NCBI GenBank assembly: GCA_049324235.1
Contig: JBMOLJ010000056.1
Location: forward strand, 9,229-73,228
DNA: 64,000 bases
Source of the DNA: Bacillota bacterium
GTDB taxonomy: Bacteria; Bacillota; Clostridia; Christensenellales; UBA1431
Direction of reading: 5' to 3'
Made by a program: the position numbers and the translations under genes. Positions 9,420 through 21,400 of this stretch are shown here, piece by piece; position 1 is the stretch's first letter, and each line of letters opens with the position of its first letter. Below the pieces are notes generated by a model that saw only the letters and a list, made by a program, of their open reading frames with translations, made no database searches and was not told where the DNA came from.

Positions 9420-9548
9420 TGAATGTCTCCCTCTTCCTGTATAAGGGCGGGCATGCATGAAAAAGCTTGGGGCTTCCTCTCACTTTGCCTCTTCCCCATG
9501 GCAGTGTCTGCTGTACTATGCGTCTGACTTAATTTATTATATCACAAT

Positions 9549-10415
9549 TTACTGTGAATCCGATAATCCATTTTGTGCATTCTTCACGAAGTCCACGCCC
9601 AGTCCGGCAAGCTGCAGCTGCGCATACTTCAGCCGGGCCGAAAGCGTGTTTGCAGTCCCCTCGGCGGCAACGCCGAGCGCCTTGTTCCCTTCAGTAAGTA
9701 GGCTGAGCATGGAGCTGACGACGGTATTGCTGTTAGCATAGCCGCTGTCCTCAATGCTTTTGGCGTCATCTTTCATTTTCTGCGCAAGATCCTTTACATC
9801 CGCAAGCGCCTCGTCCTGTGTGGTCTTGGAGCCGTCCAGCGCAAAAGCCAGTTCGCCGCACTTTAGCACCGCCGTGCCGTAACGGTCGAATATCGGCTGT
9901 ATCCGGGGCAAACGCGTCTGGTCCGCCGTTATCGTAAGCTCGAGCTTATTGCATTTGAGCGTGTATACGGTGCAGTCCATATTCTCACCGATCAGTCGGT
10001 CACGCACGGCTTTTGCATCCGCTTCCTTCGTATAGGCCGACAACAGCACCCGCACGCGCACGCCGTCATGCATCAGATATCCAGCCGCGCCCTTTGTTTT
10101 CAGCGAATCGGCAAGCGCTTTTGCATTGTCCTCGCTTGAAAAAATCCCCATCTGCAGGCAGTACAGCGTAAACTCATTCCAAACGACCTTTTGCTGGCCC
10201 TGATTCTGCGTGGACTGGGGCGTGGCCGTCGGCGTCCCCCCTGAAAACACTTCAAAGATGGGCGCAATGACATTGTCCGCCATCCATTTCCCGGCCACAC
10301 CGGCCGATAAAATATAGACCAACCCCAGGATCGTCACCACCACCAGCACAGCTCCCGCCATGCTGTTCCGCCTTCCGGGCAGACGGCGCTTTCTTCTGAC
10401 ACGCCCCATCATCAT
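9549..10415 (-). CDS. Membrane-anchored SPOR-domain protein
   Basis: Arg-rich N-terminus plus one TM (AVLVVVTILGLVYILSAGV). SPOR-like segment YCLQMGIFSSEDNAKALADSLKTKGAAGYLMHDG..VRVLLSAY. Confidence 0.6.
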   Translation of the reverse strand: MMMGRVRRKRRLPGRRNSMAGAVLVVVTILGLVYILSAGVAGKWMADNVIAPIFEVFSGGTPTATPQSTQNQGQQKVVWNEFTLYCLQMGIFSSEDNAKALADSLKTKGAAGYLMHDGVRVRVLLSAYTKEADAKAVRDRLIGENMDCTVYTLKCNKLELTITADQTRLPRIQPIFDRYGTAVLKCGELAFALDGSKTTQDEALADVKDLAQKMKDDAKSIEDSGYANSNTVVSSMLSLLTEGNKALGVAAEGTANTLSARLKYAQLQLAGLGVDFVKNAQNGLSDSQ

Positions 10416-10507
10416 CCCCCCGATAGAAGTCTGTTACTTCATCTGTATGTGGACAACTACCGAAATATGAAGACGGGGGTTAAAAGTGAGGAACGCATTT
10501 ATGGGTA

Positions 10508-10963
10508 TCATTCAAGGTCAAAATATTTTTCTGAAACGATCTTCGCTTCCTCCAGGATGCGCAGGGAGAAATCGTCGGGATACGGCTCGTCGTACACGAT
10601 GCGCGCAATGCCGGCGTTCACGATCATTTTGGTGCAGATCACGCAGGGCTGGTGCGTGCAGTACAGCGTCGCGCCCTGTATCGATATGCCCATCTTCGCC
10701 GCCTGTATGATCGCGTTCTGCTCCGCGTGGATCGCATAACACAGCTCGTGCCTGGTTCCCGAAGGGATATTAAGCGCTCTTCTTAAACACTCTTCCTTTT
10801 CCACACAGCTTTTTACGCCTTCGGGCGCGCCGTTGTAACCGGTTGTAAGGATCCGCTTGTCGCGGACGATTACCGCGCCAACGTGCCGGTTATGCTGATA
10901 GCAGCTGGACCACTTGGCGATATAACGCGTCAGTTCCATCATCCTCTTGTCCCATTTATCCAT
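10508..10963 (-). CDS. dCMP (deoxycytidylate) deaminase, ComEB family
   Basis: HAEQNAI and THQPCVICTKMIVNAGI zinc motifs. ATG at 10963 with AAGGAG RBS. Confidence 0.88.
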   Translation of the reverse strand: MDKWDKRMMELTRYIAKWSSCYQHNRHVGAVIVRDKRILTTGYNGAPEGVKSCVEKEECLRRALNIPSGTRHELCYAIHAEQNAIIQAAKMGISIQGATLYCTHQPCVICTKMIVNAGIARIVYDEPYPDDFSLRILEEAKIVSEKYFDLE

Positions 10964-11157
10964 ATCAGGCACTCCTTTATTATCTGTTGATAGAGATCCT
11001 CCTGACATTCCACATATTCTACGGCGATTCCTTCCATGGTTTTGGATTTTCCGGCCTTTTTATGTGTGCGAAAATGTAATTTATCGTATTTTGAAGTATT
11101 TTGAAGGTAATTCATAATTTTCCATTAATTCATTTGATTTTTGGCCGATTCACCTGT

Positions 11158-11186
11158 TTGCATAAGCCACCTCTTTTGCATAAACT
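11158..11186 (+). promoter_or_regulatory. SigmaA-type promoter of groESL
   Basis: TTGCAT (11158-11163), 17-nt spacer, TAAACT (11181-11186), positioned just upstream of CIRCE. Confidence 0.6.
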
Positions 11187-11197
11187 AGTTCTTGGAT

Positions 11198-11224
11198 TTA
11201 GCACTCATCCAATAAGAGTGCTAA
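11198..11224 (+). promoter_or_regulatory. CIRCE element (HrcA operator)
   Basis: Perfect TTAGCACTC-N9-GAGTGCTAA inverted repeat 63 nt upstream of groES. Confidence 0.95.
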
Positions 11225-11286
11225 CAAACAAAACAGGCCAAACTAATCCAAACATAACTTAAATTGCAAAAGGAGGAAACTGATCC

Positions 11287-11574
11287 ATGAAAATTATCCC
11301 TTTGGGTGACAAAGTCGTCATCGTGAACAAGCCTGCCGAAGAAGTTACGCAAAGCGGCATCGTGCTGCCCGGCACTGCCAAGGAAAAGCCGCAGACCGCT
11401 GAAGTCATCGCAGTAGGTCCCGGCGGCAATGTAGACGGAAAAGAGATCACCATGCATGTAAAGCCTGGTGACGTCGTGCTTTACAGGAAATATGCGGGCA
11501 CCGAAGTAAAATTTGAAGAGAACGAATACATCGTTTTAAGCCAAAGCGATATCCTGGCCATCATTGAAGAATAA
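11287..11574 (+). CDS. groES: Co-chaperonin GroES
   Basis: MKIIPLGDKVVI...SGIVLPGTAKEKPQ.AEVIAVGPG. Followed by groEL. Confidence 0.97.
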   Translation: MKIIPLGDKVVIVNKPAEEVTQSGIVLPGTAKEKPQTAEVIAVGPGGNVDGKEITMHVKPGDVVLYRKYAGTEVKFEENEYIVLSQSDILAIIEE

Positions 11575-11581
11575 TACATAA

Positions 11582-13237
<1,656 letters not shown>

Positions 13238-13260
13238 AAAGCACGATTACACAAACAAAA

Positions 13261-13295
13261 AAGGCCGTGTGCGAAACCGCACACGGCCTTTTTAT
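13261..13295. terminator. Bidirectional terminator between groEL and lgt
   Basis: AAGGCCGTGTGCG-AAAC-CGCACACGGCCTT flanked by an A-run and a T-run. Confidence 0.9.
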
Positions 13296-13302
13296 GCTTT
13301 TT

Positions 13303-14103
13303 TTAATGGCCGTCATGTACCGTCATATTCTCCGCGAGCGGCTTTTTGCGGAAATAATTATTATACACCAGCAGCGCCCCCGCAGCCAGCGCCAGGCCGA
13401 TGCTCAGCGCCTGCGACACGCGAACCACGCCCGGTATCAGCCACAGGCTGTCGGTCCGCAGGCCTTCGACAAAGGCGCGTTCTATTCCGTAAAGCAGGAA
13501 ATACCAGAGTATGACGTTCCCTGAGAGTTTTTGCCTTTTCTGGTACCGGAAAAGGAATCCGAACACCAGGAAACACCACATGGACTCATAGAAAAACGTG
13601 GCCAGATGCCAGGAGGCGTCGTTCTGTATATACACCGCAAACGGGAACCACTGCATGGAAGGCTCGGTTACCAGATTGCCGTACGCTTCCTGATTGAAGA
13701 AGTTACCCCAGCGTCCCATCGCCTGCCCTAAAATCAGGCTGGGCGCAAGGATGTCCAACAGTCCTATGAAACTCAGCTTGCGCCGCCTGGAAAAGATGTA
13801 GACCGCAACCGCGCCGCCGATCACGGCGCCGTAGATGGCCAGGCCGCCCTCCCATACATACAGCATGCTCACCGGGTTGTCCTTAAACATATCCCAGGTA
13901 AAAATCACATAGAACAAGCGCCCGCCGATGACTGCAAGCGGCACCGCCCACAGGCACAGGTCGATAATGGTGTCGGGTTCCAGACCGCGGCGCTTTGCCT
14001 CGCGCATCGCCAGCCACACGCCAATCATGATCGCGGATGCGATGATGATGCCGTACCAGTGTACGGATATCCCGAACAGTTTAAAGGCCACAGGGTTGAC
14101 CAT
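13303..14103 (-). CDS. lgt: Prolipoprotein diacylglyceryl transferase
   Basis: FGISVHWYGIIIA...GRWGNFFNQEAYG, polytopic, 266 aa. Confidence 0.92.
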   Translation of the reverse strand: MVNPVAFKLFGISVHWYGIIIASAIMIGVWLAMREAKRRGLEPDTIIDLCLWAVPLAVIGGRLFYVIFTWDMFKDNPVSMLYVWEGGLAIYGAVIGGAVAVYIFSRRRKLSFIGLLDILAPSLILGQAMGRWGNFFNQEAYGNLVTEPSMQWFPFAVYIQNDASWHLATFFYESMWCFLVFGFLFRYQKRQKLSGNVILWYFLLYGIERAFVEGLRTDSLWLIPGVVRVSQALSIGLALAAGALLVYNNYFRKKPLAENMTVHDGH

Positions 14104-14125
14104 AAGCTCTTTGCCTCCTTATATA

Positions 14126-15781
14126 TCAGTAAACGAAACAGCTGCTTCCGATAAACTCGCGCATGATGGACGTCGTGGGGATATCCGATTCATCCTCGAG
14201 CGAAACGAAATAGTTCAGGAACTTGCGCAAACGCCTGGTCTCGTTGAAAAACGCGCTGTCTTCGTTCACGGCATTGACGACCGGCAGCGCATACTTTTTC
14301 AGCACGGCAAGCTCGTAGACAAGCGTTGAATTGAAGATCATATCCGCCTCTCCCAGAAACGGGAAAATGAAACGCTTCTCCCCCTTTTGCACGGACGCCC
14401 ACATGCTCAGCGTTTTTTCCGCATCCGACGCGCGGAACTTGGAATCGCGCACGAGCCTTCGTATCAGCCTGCAGTCCGTACTCGAAATGCGGTTGTGGTC
14501 GTCCAGGTTCAGCTGGGTCAGGGCGCTGACATAGACCTTGAACTTTATGTCGTCGGGAACCATGGGCGTAAGGTCCGGGTTCAGGCCGTGTATGCCCTCC
14601 ACGATCAACGGCTGATCCGGTTCAATTTTCAGCCTCCGGCCGGGGACATGCATGCCTGTGGCAAAATCATATTGCCACAGCTCTACTTCCTCACCCTGGA
14701 GCAGCGCGAGCAGATGGTCGTTGAACCGCTGCACGTCAATGGCTTCAATATGCTCCAGATCGGGTTTCCCGTCTTCATCGGGCGGAATGTCCGCCCTGTT
14801 TTTGTAATAATTATCCACCGAGATCGAGACCGGCTTTTTGCCCAGCACGCGCAAATGTATCGACAGCCGCTGCGCAAACGTGGTCTTTCCAGACGATGAA
14901 GGACCGGCAACCAGAATCAGCCGCCTTTCCCCTTCATTCCTGCAGCAGTTCTCGGCGATCTCGATGATCTTCTTTTCGTGAAGCGCCTCGTTCACCCGGA
15001 TAAACTCGCTTATCCCCCCTGTATCCACCAGTTCGTTCAGGTCGCAGACGTTCTCGCAGCTTAAAATCCTGCTCCAGCGTTTGGCCTCGCGGAAAACGGT
15101 GGACAGCTTCGGCTCTTTCCGGTACTTTTCCGGCGCATACTCTGCGTCGTGCCGCGGGTAATAGATCACGATGCCGGGATAATAAGCAAACAGCCTGAAC
15201 TGCGTCAGATACCCCGTGGAAGGCCCCATCAGCCCGTAAAAATAATCCTCGATCCCGCCGTTTTCATACAGGTTAAAATAATCGAAAGGCCTGTAGGCCA
15301 GCAGGCGCACCTTGTCAAGCTGCCCGTCTTTTTCAAAGAGCGCCATGGCTTCTTCGCGCGATACCGTATGCCGAACAAACGGTGAATCCTCTTCGACGAT
15401 GGCATGCATGCGCGCCTCTACCGCTTCAACGTCCTTACTTTTTAAAGGCGCGTGGATCTCGGCGTACAGCCCGCCGCCCACCGAATGCTCGATGGTAACG
15501 CGCGCATCGCCGAAGAGTTCCCGCGCCGCCCGGATAAACACGAAACACAGGCTGCGCATATACATGAGGTTTCCCTCGATGTCCAGCATGTCGATGAACC
15601 GGACGTCGCACGGCTTGGTTATCCGGCATGTCAGCTCGGACAGCGTGCTGTCAACCCAAGCGCCGATATACGGCCCGTTGGCTGAAGGCGCAGCCATTCC
15701 GGCCAATTCGAGAAGCGTCGAACCGGATGCCACTTCCTGCTCCTTGCCGTTGAGCTTTACCATAATCTTCTGTACGCTCAC
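14126..15781 (-). CDS. TGS-domain / uridine-kinase-family nucleoside kinase fusion protein
   Basis: P-loop LVAGPSSSGKTTFAQRL within a uridine kinase/PRK-like C-terminal half. N-terminal TGS-like KLNGKEQEVASGSTLLELA. Start is uncertain: GTG 15781 has GGGGAGGGG 8 nt upstream, ATG 15763 is an alternative, and the ORF-track TTG is at 15838. Confidence 0.75.
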   Translation of the reverse strand: MSVQKIMVKLNGKEQEVASGSTLLELAGMAAPSANGPYIGAWVDSTLSELTCRITKPCDVRFIDMLDIEGNLMYMRSLCFVFIRAARELFGDARVTIEHSVGGGLYAEIHAPLKSKDVEAVEARMHAIVEEDSPFVRHTVSREEAMALFEKDGQLDKVRLLAYRPFDYFNLYENGGIEDYFYGLMGPSTGYLTQFRLFAYYPGIVIYYPRHDAEYAPEKYRKEPKLSTVFREAKRWSRILSCENVCDLNELVDTGGISEFIRVNEALHEKKIIEIAENCCRNEGERRLILVAGPSSSGKTTFAQRLSIHLRVLGKKPVSISVDNYYKNRADIPPDEDGKPDLEHIEAIDVQRFNDHLLALLQGEEVELWQYDFATGMHVPGRRLKIEPDQPLIVEGIHGLNPDLTPMVPDDIKFKVYVSALTQLNLDDHNRISSTDCRLIRRLVRDSKFRASDAEKTLSMWASVQKGEKRFIFPFLGEADMIFNSTLVYELAVLKKYALPVVNAVNEDSAFFNETRRLRKFLNYFVSLEDESDIPTTSIMREFIGSSCFVY

Positions 15782-15920
15782 AAATGTCCCCTCCCCGGCA
15801 GTAACGGTGTTCCATACATTATACAACAGCCCTGCCAATAAGACAAAATCTTAACACCAAAATTAAAAAGGCTCTCCATATACATTATTATCGAAAGCCT
15901 TTTTCCAAAAAAACCACCGG

Positions 15921-16688
15921 TCAGTTCCCGTAGACATAGCGCCCGCCCGTGATGTCCAGCGTTATCCCCGTAACATACCGGCTCTCATCGGTTACCAGGA
16001 ACATCACGCCCCCTGCGATATCCTCAGGCTGGCAAATGCGGCCCATCGGGATATCCTTGAGCATCTTTTCCAGCGATCCTGCGGGGGCGGTCGGGTCCAC
16101 GCCCATCGGGGTATCGGCTATGCCCGGACAGATGGTGTTCACGCGGATATTGTCCTTGCACCACCTGCGCGCGGCGTACTTGGTCAGGCTGATCACGCCG
16201 CCCTTGGATGCGGTATAATGCGGGCCGCCGTAGTTACTGCCGCTTTTTGCCGAGGTGGACGAAAGCTGCACGATCCTCCCGCCGCCGCCCGCTTTCATGT
16301 ACGGATATACCTCCCGCAGGCAGTAGAAATATCCCGTGATGTTGGTCTGCATCACGATGTCCCATTCCTCGTCGCTGCAGGATTCAATGGGGCTGAACCG
16401 GACGATGCCCGCACCGTTTATCAGGATCGTGATTTTTCCCATCCTGTCATAGGCCTGCCGCATGGCATCTTTAACTGACTTTGAATCCGTAACGTCCATA
16501 TATACGGAAAACGCCTCCCCTCCGGCGTTTCTGATCATCCGCACGGTCTCTTCATTTCCGTCAGTATCGACATCGCAGCAGGCAACGGTTGCGCCATGCC
16601 TGGCAAGCTCTAGAGCGATTCCCCTGTCCAGTCCCGAAGCAGCGCCTGTCACAACGGCGGCATCGCCTTCCAAACGTTTGCGGCTCAC
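15921..16688 (-). CDS. SDR-family oxidoreductase (FabG-like)
   Basis: VTGAASGLDRGIA Rossmann motif, NGAG, YTASKGG catalytic YxxxK. Confidence 0.85.
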   Translation of the reverse strand: MSRKRLEGDAAVVTGAASGLDRGIALELARHGATVACCDVDTDGNEETVRMIRNAGGEAFSVYMDVTDSKSVKDAMRQAYDRMGKITILINGAGIVRFSPIESCSDEEWDIVMQTNITGYFYCLREVYPYMKAGGGGRIVQLSSTSAKSGSNYGGPHYTASKGGVISLTKYAARRWCKDNIRVNTICPGIADTPMGVDPTAPAGSLEKMLKDIPMGRICQPEDIAGGVMFLVTDESRYVTGITLDITGGRYVYGN

Positions 16689-16833
16689 AATTTTTCCCTC
16701 CGTTTCGATATAATTTCATCAAGAAAATGTATTCACAAGATAATACATCTTTTCGCAAAAAATAAACCCTCGTATTTGCTTCATTATAGCATAAATCCTG
16801 TGAAACAATAGAAGGGTTTTTTGATGAATAAAG

Positions 16834-17286
16834 CTATTCTCCCATGTTTAAGCGCGCGCGCACAACGCTTCCGCTGCAGGTAAATTCTATCCTCAGGCTT
16901 TCGCAGAGCGCCTCGGCCAGTACCAGGCCGCGTCCGCTCTCATAAAGCTCGGCCTCTTGCCGGTCCTGGCGTTTTTTCAGTTCCTCCTCCAGGTCAAAGC
17001 CCTCCTGCGTACCGTATACGCATAGTTCGACCTGTTTGGTCGTATATACCGAAACACAGACATGCACATCCTTTCCGGACCCGTGCATGAGTTCGTTGTT
17101 GATGAGCTCGTTCACCACAATTTTAAAATTGAACATCTGTTCCTGGCCCGGCCGCAAGGTTCTTTTAACCGATTCCACCATATCATCGACCACGGTCCGG
17201 GCGTGCTTGCCGTCTGCAACCACCCAGTTCTTAAGAAACAGAAGCCTCTTACCGCTTTCCTGTATCTGCTCCATGCGCATCCCCAC
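16834..17286 (-). CDS. Small RsbW/SpoIIAB-like HATPase protein (orphan)
   Basis: NELINNELMHG (N box) and GRGLVLAEAL (G2). The G1 region is degenerate (GTQEGFD). Confidence 0.55.
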   Translation of the reverse strand: MGMRMEQIQESGKRLLFLKNWVVADGKHARTVVDDMVESVKRTLRPGQEQMFNFKIVVNELINNELMHGSGKDVHVCVSVYTTKQVELCVYGTQEGFDLEEELKKRQDRQEAELYESGRGLVLAEALCESLRIEFTCSGSVVRARLNMGE

Positions 17287-17397
17287 CGATTTATTCCCTG
17301 CCTTATTATATCTTTTTCACCAGAGCATATGTACACTGATATTTTAATAACCAATAATTCATCGAAAAACATAACATAACGGGAAACCCATATTGCA

Positions 17398-18618
17398 TTA
17401 TGACAAATAGTGAAAAACCACCGCGCCGTATATGTTAAACGCCACTGCAAAGATCATGACCGCGCCCATGCCGATACCAACCTTATCTTTCCCGGAGAGT
17501 ATGAAAAAGTACATTGCCGGCATCAGGTCGCACAGGTAACGCGTGCCAAACTGCCATCCTCCGAAGGATTTATGCATCAGCAGCAGGAAAAAATGGATGA
17601 AGAAGGCGATAAAAAGGAGTCCTTCCTGCCACGTGATCCGGCGCCTGACGGCTGCCGCGAGGCTTTTATACCCCCAGACCAGATAAATCGGGTTTGCGAT
17701 AAAAAAAGCAAATCCCGAAAAAATCGGGAACAATAAACGCCCGTTTTCCAGATACGGCAAACGCAGTATGTTCGAAAGGTTGGCGCCCACATAGCTCAGG
17801 CTGAACTGGCCGCTTTGCGCCTCCACGAATTCGGGCAGATAATTGTGCCCGAATTCAAGGATGTTGCCGAACCGGATATAATTGTATACGCCATACGCCA
17901 CGGCAATGGCGGCCGGTATTGCAAGGAAGGGCAGCATGGCCTTTATGCCCGCCCATACGTCCTTTTTCGGGACTCCGGCGCGTTTATGGAGCATGTACAG
18001 GAGCACGGGCGCATAAACCGCCTGAAAAGGCCTGCATCCGACGGCCAGCGCTATGCAAACAAGCGACGCAAACCAATCCCTGCGTTTTGGGGACGTTATA
18101 AAGTAAAACGCAAGGAGCGTGAGCAAAAAGCCCAGTGCCTGCGCCATGTTCCACACACCGCCGTAATGCGTGACCTCGAGCATGTTGCATCCCAATACCA
18201 GAAAAGCGCTCAGGCATGCCGATACGGCATCGCTGTAGCCGAAGCGCCGCGATAGCGCATACCCCACCGCATAGCTTGCCAGATAATAGATGAATACCAC
18301 AAGCAGGCTTGGCGTCTGTGCGCCGAAAACCAGCACAAGCGGTACCATGAGCACAGCCGGGAAAGGCGGGAAGCTTATGAAATACTGGCCGTTATAGCGC
18401 GCTATTTCCAGCCAGGAATAGTCCTGGTCCAGCGCGATATGTCCGCTCAGCCAGGTCTGCGCCTGCAGCGTATAGGAATCATAATCGCTGTGCGCGAAAA
18501 GGTCAAGCCCCAGTCCCCAGGCGATAAACAGATACACCATTGCAACCGTAAAGAAGCCCAGCGCAAGACCGCCGCGTCCATCGAACGATTCCCTCAGCTT
18601 TGGAAATACCTGCTGCAA
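17398..18618 (-). CDS. Polytopic membrane protein, putative GT-C-fold (ArnT/PMT-like) glycosyltransferase
   Basis: About 10-12 predicted TM helices by eye. N-terminal loop EIARYNGQYFISFPPFPAVLMVP resembles GT39/GT83-type proteins. Family assignment is tentative. Confidence 0.45.
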   Translation of the reverse strand: MQQVFPKLRESFDGRGGLALGFFTVAMVYLFIAWGLGLDLFAHSDYDSYTLQAQTWLSGHIALDQDYSWLEIARYNGQYFISFPPFPAVLMVPLVLVFGAQTPSLLVVFIYYLASYAVGYALSRRFGYSDAVSACLSAFLVLGCNMLEVTHYGGVWNMAQALGFLLTLLAFYFITSPKRRDWFASLVCIALAVGCRPFQAVYAPVLLYMLHKRAGVPKKDVWAGIKAMLPFLAIPAAIAVAYGVYNYIRFGNILEFGHNYLPEFVEAQSGQFSLSYVGANLSNILRLPYLENGRLLFPIFSGFAFFIANPIYLVWGYKSLAAAVRRRITWQEGLLFIAFFIHFFLLLMHKSFGGWQFGTRYLCDLMPAMYFFILSGKDKVGIGMGAVMIFAVAFNIYGAVVFHYLS

Positions 18619-18703
18619 AACCCGAGTCCTCCATCCCCCCTATGTATGCTACATTATACTATTGCCAAATTAATCCTATCAATATCATTATACGGTTTTC
18701 ACA

Positions 18704-18740
18704 CACAAAAAAAACGGCCCCGCCCGTAGAGTGCGGGGCC
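18704..18740 (-). terminator. Terminator after the sleL-like gene
   Basis: Minus-strand GGCCCCGC-ACTCTACGG-GCGGGGCC followed by GTTTTTTTT. Confidence 0.9.
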
Positions 18741-18770
18741 TTTCCGGCTTTACAATTTCTTCCAGCGTCC

Positions 18771-20060
18771 TTACGGTATGACCTTTACAATGTTAAACAT
18801 GTCGTTGAGTATCGCCCAATTCTGCGGGAATTCCAGTCCCAGGAGCCAGTAGCTCACCCCCCTCAAACCGTATTTGACGACCAGCATCAGCTTGGCAATG
18901 ATGCTCCTTGCGTCCTCAAACCAAACCGCGTGCTGTACCCCGTTGCGGTCATAATAATGATAGAACGGCGCCTGTGTCTGCGTATTAAACTCTATCCTTG
19001 CGCCCGTCTGTGCAGCGCGCCGGACGGCCTCCTGCGGGCTTAACCGCCTTGCCCAGGGTCCGCCGGGCATATGGGGCAGCAGCCAGTCGTAACCGTAGAG
19101 CGGCATGCCCATCATGATCTTCTGCGGCGGAATGACGGAAACCGCGTACCGGATAACGTCTTCCACAAGGTCAACGGGCGCGACCGCATAGGGCGGACCG
19201 CCCGACCAGCCCCACTCGTATGTCATGAGGATCACAAAATCGACGATTTCCCCGTTGGCCCTGTAGTCATGCGCGCCGTGCCATGCCCCGCCGGTGTAAT
19301 CTTCCGGCTTGGGCGCCAGCGAGGTGCAGACGATATAATTTAGCGGATGGAGCGCGGCAACCACTTTTCTCAGGAAATTATTGTACGCCTCCCTGTTTTC
19401 CGGGCTGATACGTTCAAAATCGACGTTCAGGCCATAATATCCCTTCTCCCGCATGGTGGCAATCACATTGTCGATAAGCGTCCTGGTTACATTCTCGTCA
19501 TTGAGCACGGTATTCACAAGCTCGGTATTGAAATTGCCCTCCTGAAAATTTGTTATCACCATCAGCGGCGCAACCTTGTATGTAAAGGCCGTATTGATGA
19601 TGGGCTGGTCGTTGATGGGATTAAGGCTCCCGTCGGCACGGACCTGGTAGCTGAAAGGCGCAATATACGTGAGAAACCGCCCGACATCGTTGACGATTGC
19701 GGTATCCCGTTCGGGCGTGGACGGCTCTATGTATCCGTTGACTTCGATATACCCGTATTCCCTGGCGTGTATGGGAATAGCCAGTTCCATTCCGGGCTGC
19801 AGGCTGTTTGGGTCGGTTATATTATTGGCAAGCATTATACTCTCGGCTGTTACACCGTACCTTTGTGCGATCTCCCACACCGTATCCCCTCTTTGTACGG
19901 TGTATGTCTGCGGCTTGGGCTCAATGACCAGCGCCTGCCCAACCACCAGAAACGGCAGGTCGTTAAGCCCGTTTATCGCCGCTATCCGCTGGGCATTGGT
20001 GTCATATTTGTTTGCAATCGCCCAGAGTGTATCACCCGGCTGAACAATATGAATCTGCAC
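18771..20060 (-). CDS. sleL: Spore cortex-lytic N-acetylglucosaminidase-like protein (2x LysM + GH18; YaaH/SleL architecture)
   Basis: Two LysM repeats (VQPGDTLWAIANKY..., VQRGDTVWEIAQRY...) plus a GH18 core GLNVDFE. 429 aa, the same architecture and size as Bacillus YaaH/SleL. Confidence 0.8.
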   Translation of the reverse strand: MQIHIVQPGDTLWAIANKYDTNAQRIAAINGLNDLPFLVVGQALVIEPKPQTYTVQRGDTVWEIAQRYGVTAESIMLANNITDPNSLQPGMELAIPIHAREYGYIEVNGYIEPSTPERDTAIVNDVGRFLTYIAPFSYQVRADGSLNPINDQPIINTAFTYKVAPLMVITNFQEGNFNTELVNTVLNDENVTRTLIDNVIATMREKGYYGLNVDFERISPENREAYNNFLRKVVAALHPLNYIVCTSLAPKPEDYTGGAWHGAHDYRANGEIVDFVILMTYEWGWSGGPPYAVAPVDLVEDVIRYAVSVIPPQKIMMGMPLYGYDWLLPHMPGGPWARRLSPQEAVRRAAQTGARIEFNTQTQAPFYHYYDRNGVQHAVWFEDARSIIAKLMLVVKYGLRGVSYWLLGLEFPQNWAILNDMFNIVKVIP

Positions 20061-20261
20061 GCGTTCCTCACTTCCTTTTATCTGAATGGTTCATTATATT
20101 CAGACAAACTGGGGATTTAGCATGCAATTTTGCAAAACCCGAAAACCCCCGCCGGTTTTTTTGCGGAATACGAAGAATCCATTTTGGTAAGCAGTCCCGT
20201 CCGGCAGGAATAGCAGTTCGCACGGCAGGACATCCTAACAAAAAACAAAGGAGTTGTTATC

Positions 20262-21155
20262 ATGCCCGGCACCACACCGACCTATCCGAATCCTTCCATA
20301 CCCATACCAAACGATTTTCCGCCGCAGCACCAGGATGCGCAGCCCGGCTTTACAGAGCAGATGCGTCCAAAGCCCATGACCGACAACCCGCAGTACTGCG
20401 CCGCGGGAAAGCTCATGAACCGCGCAGCCATCGTCACCGGCGGCGACAGCGGCATCGGCCAGGCCGTCGCGATTGCCTTTGCCAAGGAGGGCGCGGATGT
20501 GGCCATCGCTTTTTTGCAGGAAACAAACGACGCTTATGAAACCAAATCCGCCGTGGAGGCGTACGGACGGCGCTGCATACTCCTACCCTGCGATCTCAAG
20601 AACCATACCGCCGCAAACGCGGTGGTCGGGGAGACGATGCGCGCCTTTGGGCACATCGACATCCTTGTCAACAATATTGCGGTGCACTATCCGAAAAACA
20701 GCATCGAGGAAATAACGCCCGAGCAGCTGGGCATAACGTTTTCGACCAACGTACTGAGCTATTTCCATATGGTAAAGGCCGCGATGCCGCATCTGCACGC
20801 GGGCGCTTCCATCATAAACACGACTTCGGTAGCCGCGTACAAGGGCAAAGAAACCCTGATCGATTATTCCGCGACCAAGGGCGCCGTCGTTTCCTTCACG
20901 CGTTCGCTCGCGCTCTCCCTGGCGCCGAAGGGCATCCGCGTAAATTCCGTGGCCCCCGGCCCCGTGTGGACGCCGCTCATCCCGTCGAGCTTTTCTCCGC
21001 AGGAAGTCGAACAGTTCGGGAAGGATACGCCACTCGGCCGGGCGGCCCAGCCGTTTGAGCTTGCGCCCACCTATGTTTATCTCGCATCCGACGACTCGGG
21101 CTATGTCACCGGCCAGGTGCTGCATGTGAACGGCGGAACGATAACCGAATCGTAA
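20262..21155 (+). CDS. SDR-family oxidoreductase, YhxC/YdaD (general stress protein 39)-like
   Basis: Pro-rich N-terminal extension, then VTGGDSGIGQAVA, NNIA, YSATKGA. Confidence 0.8.
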   Translation: MPGTTPTYPNPSIPIPNDFPPQHQDAQPGFTEQMRPKPMTDNPQYCAAGKLMNRAAIVTGGDSGIGQAVAIAFAKEGADVAIAFLQETNDAYETKSAVEAYGRRCILLPCDLKNHTAANAVVGETMRAFGHIDILVNNIAVHYPKNSIEEITPEQLGITFSTNVLSYFHMVKAAMPHLHAGASIINTTSVAAYKGKETLIDYSATKGAVVSFTRSLALSLAPKGIRVNSVAPGPVWTPLIPSSFSPQEVEQFGKDTPLGRAAQPFELAPTYVYLASDDSGYVTGQVLHVNGGTITES

Positions 21156-21206
21156 CTTATTTTTTGTACATTTAAAAACCCTGTTGTGGATAGCCTTTAA
21201 GAGCAG

Positions 21207-21240
21207 AAGCACTGCCGGATTCGGCAGTGCTTATTTTTTA
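21207..21240 (+). terminator. Terminator after the SDR gene
   Basis: AAGCACTGCCG-GATT-CGGCAGTGCTT followed by ATTTTTT. Confidence 0.9.
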
Positions 21241-21400
21241 TTGAATTGACGCTCCCGCCGGCTTTTCATGCTGTTAGTATTCGCAAATAAATTGTAAACA
21301 AAATTTTTTGATTATTATGTAAATATTTCTTGACATAATGTAAATTTTATTATATATATTGTATTGAACATATTACAAATAGTAAAAGGAGATGTCCAAA

